A DNA stretch of 64,000 bases, from NCBI RefSeq assembly GCF_964188315.1, contig NC_135662.1, positions 86,428,001 through 86,492,000 on the forward strand, read 5' to 3'. The notes beneath the pieces are model-generated. The model saw only the letters and a list, made by a program, of their open reading frames with translations, made no database searches and was not told where the DNA came from. Source of the DNA: Podarcis muralis (lineage: Eukaryota). A program made the translations under genes and the position numbers. Positions 12,377 to 24,140 of the stretch are shown here, one piece after another; position 1 is the stretch's first letter, and each line of letters opens with the position of its first letter.

Positions 12377-12795
12377 CCGTATTTTTCGCCCTATAGGACG
12401 CACTTTTCCCCCTCCAAAAATGAAGGGGAAATGTGTGTGCATCCTATGGGGCGAATGCAGGCTTCAGGAAGCTCTGCGCAACCCTTGGGAGACCGGCGCA
12501 ACTTCGTGCCGGTCTCCCAAGGGTTGCACAGAGCTGCCTGCATTCCGAAGCCTGCGGCGCGCTGAATAGTGTGCCCGGATTTCGTGCAGCTCTCCGCAAG
12601 CCTGGGGAGACCGGCCCGGCTCCCTAGGCTTGCGGATAGCAGGCTGTTCTGGGGGCTGGGGTCAGGGGAAGCTTGGGCTTCCCCCGTGCCAGCTCCGTGC
12701 CTGGGGGGGGGGAAAATAATTTTCCCCCCTTTATTCCCCCCCAAAAACTAGGTGCGTCTTATGGGGCGGTGTGCCCTCTGGGGCGAAAAATACGG
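12377..12795. mobile_element. Tc1/mariner (Tigger/pogo-like) MITE
   Basis: TIR CCGTATTTTTCGCCC at both ends, flanked by TA. Confidence 0.85.
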
Positions 12796-13097
12796 TACAT
12801 GACTCCCTGGCCTAATTTTACCTTCCAGCTCAAAATTAGGAAATCATGTCTCCATCTTGCATTAGGCATGTTCCTTCTCTGGCAGTTTCCCCATCAAACT
12901 CAGTAATACAATGCTTATATTCAGGCAGCTGTGTATAGGATTGCACTGTGATCAGCAGCCAGCAACTGTTGCTGTCTCCCTTGGGTTAAAAAACAAGCAA
13001 GCAGAAAAAGGAAATTGTCTCTGCAATCAATAATGCAAAATCAAATTCACACCTACATGTGGTAAGAGGATATATAATTTAAACAGGCAAGTAAGAG

Positions 13098-13190
13098 CCT
13101 ACAGGATAGCTCAGTCAGTAGAGCACGAGACTCTAATCTCAGGGTTGTGGGGGATTCTTGCCCTACATTGGGCAAAAAGATTTCTTCACT
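13098..13190 (+). mobile_element. tRNA-Lys(CTT)-derived SINE head (decayed), followed by an RTE-like fragment to ~13410
   Basis: GATAGCTCAGTCAGTAGAGCACGAGACTCTAATCTCAGGGTTGTGGG resembles tRNA-Lys. The B box is degenerate, so it is not a functional tRNA. Confidence 0.7.
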
Positions 13191-13699
13191 CTTCTTTCTT
13201 CTTTGGCGATCACTTGTAGCCGATTTGAGAGAAAATGCCTTCGGGGGCAAAGTCAAACCGCTGGAGAATCACAGCGCCTGCTGTGGCTGCAGAAACTGGG
13301 AATTCATAACTGCTGCATCCCACATTATTCTTGCTGCGTTGCACCACAAAGTGATCTCCCCGGGGTGCAAACCTGGGCAGTCCTGGGCTGCCCAGACAAC
13401 AAGACATGCCCTCATGTATTGAAATAAGCCTGTTTCCCTTTTTTCTGCCTCTCTACCAAGGAACTTGTGTGTTTACCTAAGGATTTGTATTTTCAGTAAT
13501 AGAGAAGCAACCACTGAATTCATTCAGCAGCCCTGGGTTGAACCAGAAGCCTGCATGGGACCTAGTAGAGACTTAGTCACTTTTAAAGTAGCCAGAATGG
13601 GGTGGGGGGGACGACGTTCCTACCCCCAAGGCGTATTGCGAGCAGATCCCTCAACAGGGAGGCCATGAGTCAGTACTATTCAGAAGACTGGATAAGCCC

Positions 13700-13940
13700 C
13701 CAGAGCTTCTATCTGCTATCTCACCATACTTGACCATAGCGTTCACCGACAAGCCATTTCTCCGTCCCTCTCTGCTTTTACTGCTCCATCTTTCCATTGC
13801 CCCCCTACCCAACTGGTTGCAGTTGCTGCACTTGGGCTGAGCGTGGAGAGGTCTCTACTCACTGGAGCCAAGGAGTTGCTATGCTGGCATTCCTGAATAG
13901 TTCCAAAACACAGCTCTTGCTCTTGAACAGTCATACACTT
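13700..13940 (+). mobile_element. L2 LINE RT remnant
   Basis: LNSSKTQLLLL resembles the L2 LNPSKTELLL motif. Confidence 0.55.
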
Positions 13941-16517
13941 GCAGGCTGCGGGGGGGGGGGGGAGGCAGTGTGTGGGGGAGAGGTTGCTAAGAGAGTGCTG
14001 GATTTTTTCAAGCAAGTAGTCAGGCAAGCTACAGGCGGGTTGTCTCTTGAAAAAGCAAAAAAGAGATTTGCTGAATCAGGGAAATACCACTGCCTGCCTT
14101 TGCATACTATTATGCTGCTACTTCCTCAGAGAGAAAAATAAATTGGGAGCTGTAACAAAAGAAACAAGAGCTTCCATCTTGCGGTAGGACAGTCTGGGCA
14201 TTGTTTTCTTAAGTAACCAAGAGTTTCCACCATTCATACTAAAAGTTAGATACCCTCAGTCTGGGCAAGTGGGAACCCAAACATGGAATATTTTCTTGGG
14301 AGAAGGGACAGATCTTAGCAAACTACCTTCATCTAACCAGGCAGATATGAGGAGCCTAACACAAGGTTAAGCCTAGTCCTGCGAGCAAACTGTCAACTTC
14401 AGGTTTCTATTTTCAGCTTTTAATTAAATAAAAGTAGGAGAAAAAGAAAGCAGCACAAAGATTAAAAAAACAAACAAGTGATTTCTAGCTAACCTCACAC
14501 TCAGTCAGTTCCTCAGTTACTTTCAGCAGCCTGCAATAAAGTGCAGCATCGTTTTATGTGCAAAGGACATAGAAGTTGAACAAGCAGAGTTCCTCAGGGC
14601 CAAGGGAGGGCATAACTAAAAAACAACACCCCCCCCCCCAATTTTTATGTCTCATGTTTCAGGAGGAGCAATGATGGCTTGCTGTCCAATCAGGCCTGAG
14701 ATGGGTGCCAAGCACTTATCATTCATTACAGGATCTTAGGGAAACAGGTGTGTGGATTGAGAAGGATCTCCTCTTGTGTAGTTAATCTGAACGGATTCGC
14801 TAAGCAGGAAACATCCTCTTGCATAGACCCTGAGCTGAGCTCCATATGTTTCACTGTGCAATGTCTTTGAGGAGACTTTGGAATTCTTAAATGACCTGAA
14901 AGGTTGGAGCTGGTTCTTTGACATGGGGGCATTTCCAGGATGGCATTCGTTCTCTTTCCCAGCACTCCTGTGTGCTACATAAGTTTTGCAAAGACATATT
15001 TAAGTGAATAGAGTTGCCAAACAGCCTTTTGGACAGTTGCTAGAATCCGAGAACAGAAAGCCAGAATTCAGCCACACTGCCTCCTCATTGACCAGTCCTG
15101 TCATGCAGGGAAAGAAGCTGGTCATAGCATGGGGGGAAAGTGATGGCAAAACCACTGAACAAAATCATGTTCGGTTTTTTCATAGCAGGTAAAGGAGACA
15201 GGCCAGTTAGAAATCTCTCACTCGCATTCCTGCACACCACAGAAAAATGCAAGGATATATCTTAATTATGCACAAGGAGGACCAAACAAGTCCCCCCAAC
15301 TTTCCTAAAATTAAGAGGGGCTCAGTGGCTGTTTATGTAATCCCCCCCCCCAGTAATTAGAACAAGAAAAAGAAGGAGGTAATTACGGAATGTGAGTTTG
15401 CACAAACCAGATTGCATACCTATGTGGCCATGGAAGTCTGAATCTTCAAGGAGTCTTGTTCCTCCACAAATTGCTAAGATCTCAGAGAAAGATCAATTCT
15501 TCTGGTAGGGGGAAAATCTTACAGCTTTGTACTTACTAAACAAAACCAAATGTTTGGAGGCCAACGCATGCTACAGGAATAGAAATACATTCCAAAACCA
15601 AATTAAACAAAGGCCTGAAACCCCGTAGACATCCTTGTGCTGTTTTTATGAAGCATTTGGATTCTCATATTTCTGTAAGTTTAAACCAACTGTTGGAGCA
15701 GCCAATGTGCTTTGGCAAAAACACATCAAGTCCTCTCTGAATCTCTCTCTTACACTCAAGCAGTCATATAAACATAATATTCTTTTTTAAAAAGGTTTTG
15801 GAAGTAGCCCCCAAAGCAATTTTTCTCCTGTCTGTAGTAACAGGAGTCCCGAGATTCAAACCATTCCCTAAGGTATATTTCAGCAGAGCTGCCAGATCAG
15901 CACTATCCCAAAGCCTAGTGGTATGGAATGAGTTTGGTGTGCGTTTGTGAGTTAAATCTGATTCTTTATAAAGGTACTGTTTTAAAATGATATTCTTCCA
16001 GCCAATTATAATGCTGAAAACTCCTAAAACTAAGATTCAAGGACAGTAATTTGTCTGGATTACTAGACCACTCCAGCAGCCAGCCAACCTTTCGCAAATA
16101 AAGATAAGAGCACACTCCTAAGACACCTTGGTTCCAGTACGAACGACCTCCACCCGGTCTTCCTTCCCATCAAACCACCACACATTGCTGAAGGTTGTGT
16201 TCCCCCTGCTGTATTTGTTTGTCCCACACTGATTTACAGTTCAGAGCAAGTTTGTTTTTAGCTAAAAACCTACTTGAAAAACACAGTGGCATTACAGTGG
16301 TCCAGTTTGCATGTCACAGTAAACCGTAGTTGATTAGTTTACCATGAAAACGCTGAGCTGGACCACTTTGCTCCTCCCCCCAGCCCACTGGAGAAACGGC
16401 GAACTTAGCTTAGTGCTATATCATCTGCTGTGGATCATAACTTGTTTCATGCAAGACCATGGTTTGTTTGGAGGGTTCTAGATCATGCAGGGAGGAGGTT
16501 CCTCATTTCACACTTTC

Positions 16518-16872
16518 TTTTTAAAAATAATTTTTATTGCATTTTAGAAAATTCCAAATACACAATTCCAAATACACATAAAACTCAAACACCCCCACCC
16601 ACACCCACACAGAAACACACCCACAAAAACACATCTTTATTTCTTCTTCATTTACATTCATATTCTATATCTCACCTAAACGTATCCATCTCCATCATAT
16701 ATTAATTGACTTGTGTCTATCTCTTCATGGCTTCTTCACCTCTTTTTTATTTCCCCCTTTATTCTGTATTCAATATATATTTTACCTTTTATTTATTTTT
16801 GTGAAATTCAGTCAAAGCACAACCAAGTTTTGATTTGGGAGCTGTGTTTGTGCAAATATTTTTTTTAAAAAT
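16518..16872 (-). mobile_element. L1-like retroposed 3' fragment with 16-bp TSD
   Basis: CTCATTTCACACTTTC is duplicated at 16502-16517 and 16873-16888. The minus strand ends in AATAAA plus an A-rich tail. Confidence 0.6.
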
Positions 16873-17379
16873 CTCATTTCACACTTTCCACCTTGCACTT
16901 CAGCTCTGCACTCCCTCCCGTGAGCGCCTGCACACGGCATGAGTACTCCGAACACACAGTTAGGGCTCACGCCTCTCGCAAGTGTTAATGATTCAAATAA
17001 CAATATTTGTTTTGCATTCCACCAAGTCCTAAAAAATATTGTTTGTCACTGACTAAGTCATACTCAGAGCGGGCCCATTGAAATCACTGGACTTAAGTTA
17101 GCCAAGTCCACTGATTCATTTCTGTGCATGACTTCACCAGACACAACCCTATGTCACTGGAGATGGGGCAGCTGACCGAGGGCTGCACTCACCCTTGGTC
17201 CATCCTCTGTGGGGGCCGCCCCACTCTCCCTTATGCGTAGACAAACACCCGCAGGCAGGCTGAAGAACACAGGCTCCCTCCTCACCAGCTGACGTGGGTT
17301 ATTATTGCCCCCACTCAGCTCCTCAAATGGTCGGACTAATGACCAGGTGAGATTTGCATCCCCATCATGTAGTTTACAC

Positions 17380-17830
17380 CCCCAAAATGAGTGTTGAGGA
17401 GCTAGAAGAAGCTTCTCAATGTCTACTGCTCAATCTCCTGCAGATCCTTCTGAAAAAAAATCTGAAAGAAATACTGTACTTGAAAGGATAACAGGAAAAT
17501 GTCAAGTATATTTTTGGGAAATTGTATGAACTATTATTTTCATGATTTTGGGAAAACTATGGAACACAATACTGTTTTTATATCATATGAATGATATTTA
17601 GAAAAAAATGCAACTAATTTTCAGTGAAACATGCATATGGCTTATTTTATTTTATTTTGCACAGTGCCAGTGACTGTGGAATAAGCTGAAAACTGTTTCA
17701 ACAAAAACTGCAGGTGCTATTAAGCGATCTCATTGTGTTGTTTATCAAGCGTGAACTTGCAGGACAAATTTACTTTGGGGAAATAATCCATGATTTCACA
17801 ATAAAAAAGGCAAGAAGAAAAGTTTTAAAG
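17380..17830 (+). pseudogene. Decayed hAT transposase C-terminal (dimerisation) domain
   Basis: PVTVE*AENCF (cf. PVTVASAERSFS) and LFIKRELAGQIYFGEIIHDFTIKKARRKVLK*, with stops and frameshifts. Confidence 0.75.
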
Positions 17831-19627
17831 TAAATTGGTCAACTCAAAAATATATTTGCAGTCACATGATAGATTTTTTTTTTAAATCAACAGAAAAATA
17901 TATTTATTTGGATCAACCAAAAAATACTCTGCAAGCTTTGGGAAACTCTTCAGACTGGATGTTAAGTTAAACAAAAGTAGGGGGCGGGAAATGGCTTGGG
18001 GTGGGGTGGGGTGGGGGTGTGGTAGAAATGTCCAGTATGGGCCATGGTGTCATATCAGAAATGCAGGAAATGTAATTTCATAATTAAAACAGGTATTCAC
18101 ATGTGGGTTTCCTTAGTGGGACTGCACAGAGCCCCACTTGAGGAGCAAAAGTTACAGGCAAGCAAATCTGAACATTTGTTCCACTTAAAGTAAGTGGGAC
18201 TTTTCTCTCTCCAGACTAATTTTCTCTCATGCAGGCCTGGACTCTCTCTCATAATAGGGCAAGCAGTTAGGAACTGCAAGGAATCTGTGCCATCTTGGAA
18301 TGCAGCCACATGAGGGCTGAACTTTTATAGACCGAGGGAGAGCAAACCAGGTGTTAATGCAAGTCGAACAGCAAGGGGACGAGGAAGAAAATTAAGATGT
18401 CCTTGGGTTGCATAACTATTTTAACCCAGAGAAATTATTCCAGAATGCCACCCTTTTGGTGTTAGTAATTTTATTAATGGACAGCTTGTATCAAAAACCG
18501 ATGCTCTTTTAAAAACTATGTAGATGTTCGTGCTGTTATTATGAACTCATCTAATGTATTTATAGAATCTAGTAACATTTGCCAGCTAAATGAGGGCAGA
18601 TCTGACAAGCTTGTAAAATTCCATCAGTTTAATTTGGGTTCACATATTTAGCTTCTCTTTTCAGATAGAAGAGCCATAAATAATCTAAGAGAAAGAAAAG
18701 TGTGCTCCAGAGATAACCCAAGCTCCCTCTCCCAAGAATCTCTCTCAAGAGCAGACAGTGCCAGGCCCAGCCTTCTGCAGAATGACATGGCCTTAGCTAG
18801 GGCACCAGACTTTTGTGTGTCAGCAAACTAAAGGTAGCCAGTTGTTCAGTTTATTGTATTTTAACCCCCATGAGAGATGTAATTTGGATTTTCTGCCTCA
18901 CATATCAAAATGGCATCACCTTAACAGAGTTGTGTGAGGTTAAAACATGAGGTGTTTGGAGAAGAAAAACATCGTACTCCAAAGAGCTCCTTGGAGAAAG
19001 GTAAAGATAAAAATGGAGTAAATCAGTAAATTCAAATTGTTGTACAACCCAAGTATTGCTAATTGCATGGATCCCAAAACACACCTAGTCAAGCAAACCT
19101 TTAGAGCAGAGGCTAACAATGCACACTGACCAAGCACAGTTTGCTCCCCTGCACTAAAAGAGACACAGCACATCCCCAATAAATACTCCCACCCATAATA
19201 CATTGTACTTTTGCGCAGAAATCCACAGCTCCCTTTACCCAGCTACTGCTTAGCATTTCTTAAAGGACTCTCATTGTAGAAAACACTTTACGATTCTTAC
19301 TTGTAAAAGGTCCTGTGCATACACAGAGCAGCAGGATGGAACCCAGAGATGGGGTGATGTCAGATAGCTATTGTAGAATGAGGTGTGTTGGGGTCCCAGC
19401 CGCCCAGTGACAGTGACCTTGGCCTGCACCCCTAAGTGCAGAGTGTGGCCACTTCTTCTCCTTTCGGTGATGGTGGGAGAGCAGGGCCTACTTTCCTCAC
19501 AAGGGAGTGAAACAACAAGGGCCCAGGGGGGAAAGGCCAGCTTCCATCAGCCAAGCCCTAAACTGCTGCACCTGCTCAGGGAGTTTGATGGTTGGGGCTT
19601 CCCACACCTGCTTGAGTGGCTGGTTCT

Positions 19628-20295
19628 ACAATAAGTAACGAAACAGTTAAACCCCTGTGTTGCTAACAAATATCAGTAATATCCAAAAGCAACACAATGA
19701 CCAAGTACAACAATGCGATGTCAATATAAACGCTTTATATAATCTATACAGAACATTGAACGATATGAAATATTCACTCTCTGAAAACCAAATAAACAGA
19801 AATCTTCTAAATCTCTGAAAGTCACAAAATAGGCACTATTGATGGATTCTCTTGAAAACCTGGAACCCAATAAACATAAGTCTTTCACCCCAAACGATTG
19901 AGGGACAACTTACCTTATGGACAATTTCTACATCTGAAAAGGAATTCCTCTCTCGATCATGATTTTCATAAAAATGCTGACATGCTAGCAGATTCTCTGA
20001 GTTCCAGGGGGTATCCTTCTGATATTGTCTATAGATCTAAATCAAATTGCTTACTAAGAATCATACTTTGCTTCTTGGTCCCACAACTACCCCACATGCT
20101 CAAAATCGCATTATGGGATCATTAGAATATACCTCTCATGCAGACAGAATTATTAGAATAATACACAAACACTAGCATGTACTCTGGACTATACCAGGTT
20201 GTTCTGAATTTCCTTTAATAGGCCTTAGGCCTATTAAGCATTTATATTGACATCGCATTGTTGTACTTGGTCACCGTGTTGCTTTTGGATATTAC
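19628..20295 (+). mobile_element. Older Penelope-like element fragment with inverted terminal repeat and 15-bp TSD
   Basis: The ORF remnant NLPYGQFLHLKRN...SRGYPSDIV matches the recalled Penelope post-RT motif. The inverted repeat spans 19673-19730 and 20241-20298 (2 mismatches). TGAGTGGCTGG[T/C]TCT occurs at 19613-19627 and 20296-20310. Confidence 0.75.
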
Positions 20296-20774
20296 TGAGT
20301 GGCTGGCTCTGGCAGCTGCTTTTTTTATGCTTATATTCGTGGTTGTGGGTTTACTTTTACTCACGTTGGATGTGCCTTTCCGTGACAGGTACAGAAGCCC
20401 ACTGTAATGGCAGCTGAATCTGGCTTCCACACCAAAGACAGGACAGCATCCTCCATTCTAGACAAGGTTATAGCTGGCTGGCAGGCTGTGTAGCCCCCAC
20501 AGCTCTGTCCTCTGACTTGCCACCCCCCGGCACACTTTGCTGCCTTCCCAGCACCAGCCGCCTGAGGCAGCTGCCCTACTCTGCCTAATGGCAAGGCCTG
20601 TGTACAATTTCTGCACATGGGCAGAGTTTGCAGGTTCATTGTGAACTATTCTTTTTGTGCTGCTTGTTGCTAATGGCCTGTTGTGCTTTGCTTCTTTGTT
20701 TTATAGACTGCCCATGCTTGGCTTAGCATACATTTTCATTTGGTTTTTGGTTACTTCATGAGTAGGGTGGTCAT

Positions 20775-20860
20775 CTGCCTGAGATTCCTGCATTGCAGGG
20801 GGTTGGATAAATGACCCTTGGATAGATGACCCTTAGGATCTCTTCCAACTCTACAAATCT
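20775..20860 (+). mobile_element. CR1 3' tail
   Basis: GCATTGCAGGGGGTTGG...TTCCAACTCTAC...ATTCT. Confidence 0.65.
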
Positions 20861-22279
20861 GATTCTGTGCGCTAGTTCTCAGTAAACACACAGAGGATTC
20901 AGCTGAAAGGCTTCCAGGAAGGTTGTCAGTGATCAGATGTCCTGCCTATACCTTCCCTTGAATGTGGGAGGCCAGCATCATTACCTGCCTTGAATTTCCT
21001 GGGGGTGAGAAGGCCATTATTCTCAAGAGAGCTGCTTCTGTAACAGAGCCTTCCCTTGACAAATAACAACAGGGATTGTTCTTGTTTTTCACCTTTTTAT
21101 TACAAGAGTGCATTCTCTTCCCTATTAATAAAACAGGATGGATAAATAAGGTCAAAAGTAAATAAAAATGGATTAAAGTCAATAGTCAATATAAATGCAA
21201 TTCACTTTGCTTCTCTTAGTCCCACTCATCCTGACCTTAAAGCAGGCATGCCGACAGATCTTCAGATTTTCCATCCTCTCCTCACAATTTTTAAGCCCTT
21301 CCCTCCTGCTCTTCCTCAGTCTGCTTGAAAACTTTGGCTTGTTAAGCTGTTGTCTGGTATTTCTCCAACAGAGGCTCCTCTCAAAACATATTCTTGACAA
21401 TAGAGCAGTTCACTGTTCACAAAACTTATTTCACTGTTTGCCTTTTCTGTGTCTCTCTTTGTAGACTTTGGTTCATTGTTACATGGCTAAATACGAGGTG
21501 CCATTTGGGCCATCTGGGATCTGTCAGAGGGTCCCTATGAGCAGAAGCAACTTGCAGGACAATGTGTCGCAGACAGAACCTTCCTGGCCAACTGTCCTGA
21601 GTCAGAGCCAGATTTCCACTGCTTCCCTCCTGTTACAGGATGCTCTCCAGGAAAGAGTACGCACTCCTTTTTGCAGCTTTGTGCTGGCTGAGCTCCACTC
21701 TGCTCTCTCCCTGGCTGGGGTCAGGTGTGAGGCCTTGATCTGTTTCTGATTAGCAGCCAGCAGCAGAGCTCATTAATTGTCCTGTGATCCTTGCCCTAAC
21801 TCAGAGCAGCTAACTCCATCCAGCCAAGGCTGGGGCAGAGGGCAACCCTTCAGGGACTGGGGGGGAAAGGCCACTTCCCCTCCCCCATCTCTTCTTCCAG
21901 CCGGTGCTTCAGAGAAAGACCCAGCCCCTCCCCGATACACTGCAACTGGAGCTGATTAACTTCCTTGGCCTTGAGGAACAAATCATTCTCTTCTAATCTC
22001 TCTCTCTCCCTCCTTCAGTAATTGCAGATCAGGTCCAATCCTTTTCACTAAAGTAAAGGAAGGAATCACTCCGTTTTTTGTCTGCTTCTACAATCTGAAG
22101 CTACTGATCTTCCCTTCCTTCCAGAGCGGCAGGCTAGTGTGATGCACTGAATTCTTCCCAATGACCACAGAAATGAGTGAATGCAAAGGGTGATTGATTG
22201 CACGTTCCCCAAAAGCCATGCCGATGAACCCAGGATGTACATTTGTGGTTACTATACTTAGCCACAACCTGTGATTTGG

Positions 22280-24140
22280 CAGTGGACTGGGAGCGGGGAC
22301 GAAGAAAGGCGCGCCGCGCGCTTCTTGGCTACTTCTTCAGCGACTGGGCTAACAGTTCGGGGGCAAAGGAGGAGCCACTGTCAGCCGGGATGAGCCAACT
22401 CTGCTGGATGGGATGCCCCCCCCCCTCGCCCCAATTAAGAAGGCAGACAGAATCGAGGACCGAAACTGGAACAAAAGCTTTTTTCAGCGGGGGTGGGGCG
22501 TTTGGCTCCGGAAATGCCCACAATTTGTCTGCATGGAGACACCAGGCAGCTGCATCCGCGGATGGTCACGAGGGGCAGATTGCGGGATGATCCCATCGGG
22601 GAAATATGGGGCTCCCAGCGCACGTGGCGCTTGATCTAATCTGCCGCCCACACAAAGGGGTCCCCCCCCCGCCTTTCCCGGCACAGAGCATCCATTCAGA
22701 GATGCTCATCTCCGCCCGCTTGCCCGAGGGAGGTGCGCGCCTTCGCTCTGCCCCCCTCCCTCCCCGGGCGCTGCAGCCCCCGACTTGCCAGCCAGCCGCG
22801 CTCTCACGGACAAAGAGCTGCTCTTCTGTTACCGTTTTGGATCTGGTCTGTGTTGGTCTGTTTAAAAAAAAAAAGAGAGAGAGAGAGATTAAACCTTTGA
22901 TCTGGCTGCGGAATTCCCTTTTTGGGTGGGATGGGAAAATGCGCCATGTTCTAACGGAGCCAGTACCTGAACGGGGAGAAATTCGGCTTTGGCATGGAGA
23001 GGAAATGCTTCTGCGGAATTTCTGCCCTGCCGAGGGGCTGTTGAAGGCGCAGTAGCTGGTTATATATACTGTATGCGTGTGATGACCCCCCCCCCCGCCA
23101 GAGCCGAGGTGTGAGTTCTCACATCCGCCCTCTCCCTTGCCCGAACCCCAATATTATTTCATGTTCATGACCAGATAAGACAAGCCGCCCTTCGGAAACG
23201 GCGCATTTATTATAGAACAGCCGAGATCGCAACGCTGTGCGCTGGCGGGGAGAAAAAGCCGCGCCGACTGCGAAGAGGCGCCTCTTTGGGTCAATTCTCG
23301 GGGGGGGGGGGGAGGGAAGCGGCGTTTCGCCCCCTCCTTTCCGGGTCGCCTCCAGCTCCGGGGCTCCAGCAGGCAGCGCTCAGCCTGCGCGCCCCTCGAG
23401 GCGGCCGACTCCCGCATCGGCGCCAGAGCCCGAGGAAGACCTCGTCACTATGGCAACAGGGGCTTGCAAGAAGAAGAGGAAGAGGAGGGCGCGTGCGCGC
23501 GCGCGTCCTCCCTCTTCCTTCTCCCGGCTGCCCGGACTTCTCTCGCGCCCGCCCCTCCTCCGCGCACCCAGACGCCTTCTTCGGCGCCCAAGGCGCAGAC
23601 CTCCTGGAAGAGGAGCGTTGTATTCCGGGCCCCCCTCTCTCGCGCACCTCCTCGCAGCCGCCGCCCAGCAACTCTCCTCGCGAGGAGGCTGCAAGGGACT
23701 CCGGCCTGAGATCTCTCCATGGCGACGCGAGATGCCGGACGGCTTTCCTCTCTGCCCCGACCCGGCACCCTGGGGTGCCCTCGCTCCGCACCCAGCGAGC
23801 CTTCCCGCGGCCTCTGGGGGCTGAGCCTCGAGGAAGCCTGCGGACAAGGGGAGAGGGAGGAATTATGCGGGGCGGGGCTTGCCTCCCCCCAATATTTTAT
23901 TCAAATTGGCACCTCTGGCTTCTTGTGCTCCTCACTCCGCCCCCACCATTCATCTTACCTGTTTTCCTTTTGCTTCCTTTGTTGCTGTCGGCAAATGGTA
24001 TTCTTGGGAGGGGCGAGGGACGGGGTCTTCTCTTTCGCCCCCCCCCCATTATGCTTCCTGCCCCTGTTTGGACTGTGTCCTAAGCAAAGGCCTTCTGCTG
24101 AAAGGCGCTAGGCAGAAGCGAAGGGAACCAGCCGCCCGGG
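22280..24140. promoter_or_regulatory. Large unassigned CpG island with RFX X-boxes and a TATA-like element
   Basis: CpG-dense. GTCACTATGGCAAC at 23444-23457, CTCTCCATGGCGAC at 23713-23726, TATATATA at 23061-23068, and donor GTGAGT at 23111. Confidence 0.7.

Noticed and set aside
13098-13175. tRNA-Lys-like sequence
   Set aside because: The T-arm/B box and acceptor stem are broken, so it is a SINE head rather than a tRNA gene.
13860-13945. Weak resemblance to SNORA74/U19
   Set aside because: Better explained as an L2 RT remnant, and the H/ACA architecture is absent.
17990-18022. G-quadruplex-like GGGGT repeats and many poly-G/C runs
   Set aside because: Frequent throughout the window with no positional pattern.
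23237-24083. 195-265 aa overlapping ORFs in the CpG island
   Set aside because: Open frames on both strands are expected in GC-rich DNA. The composition is low-complexity (R/P/A/G) with no known motif.
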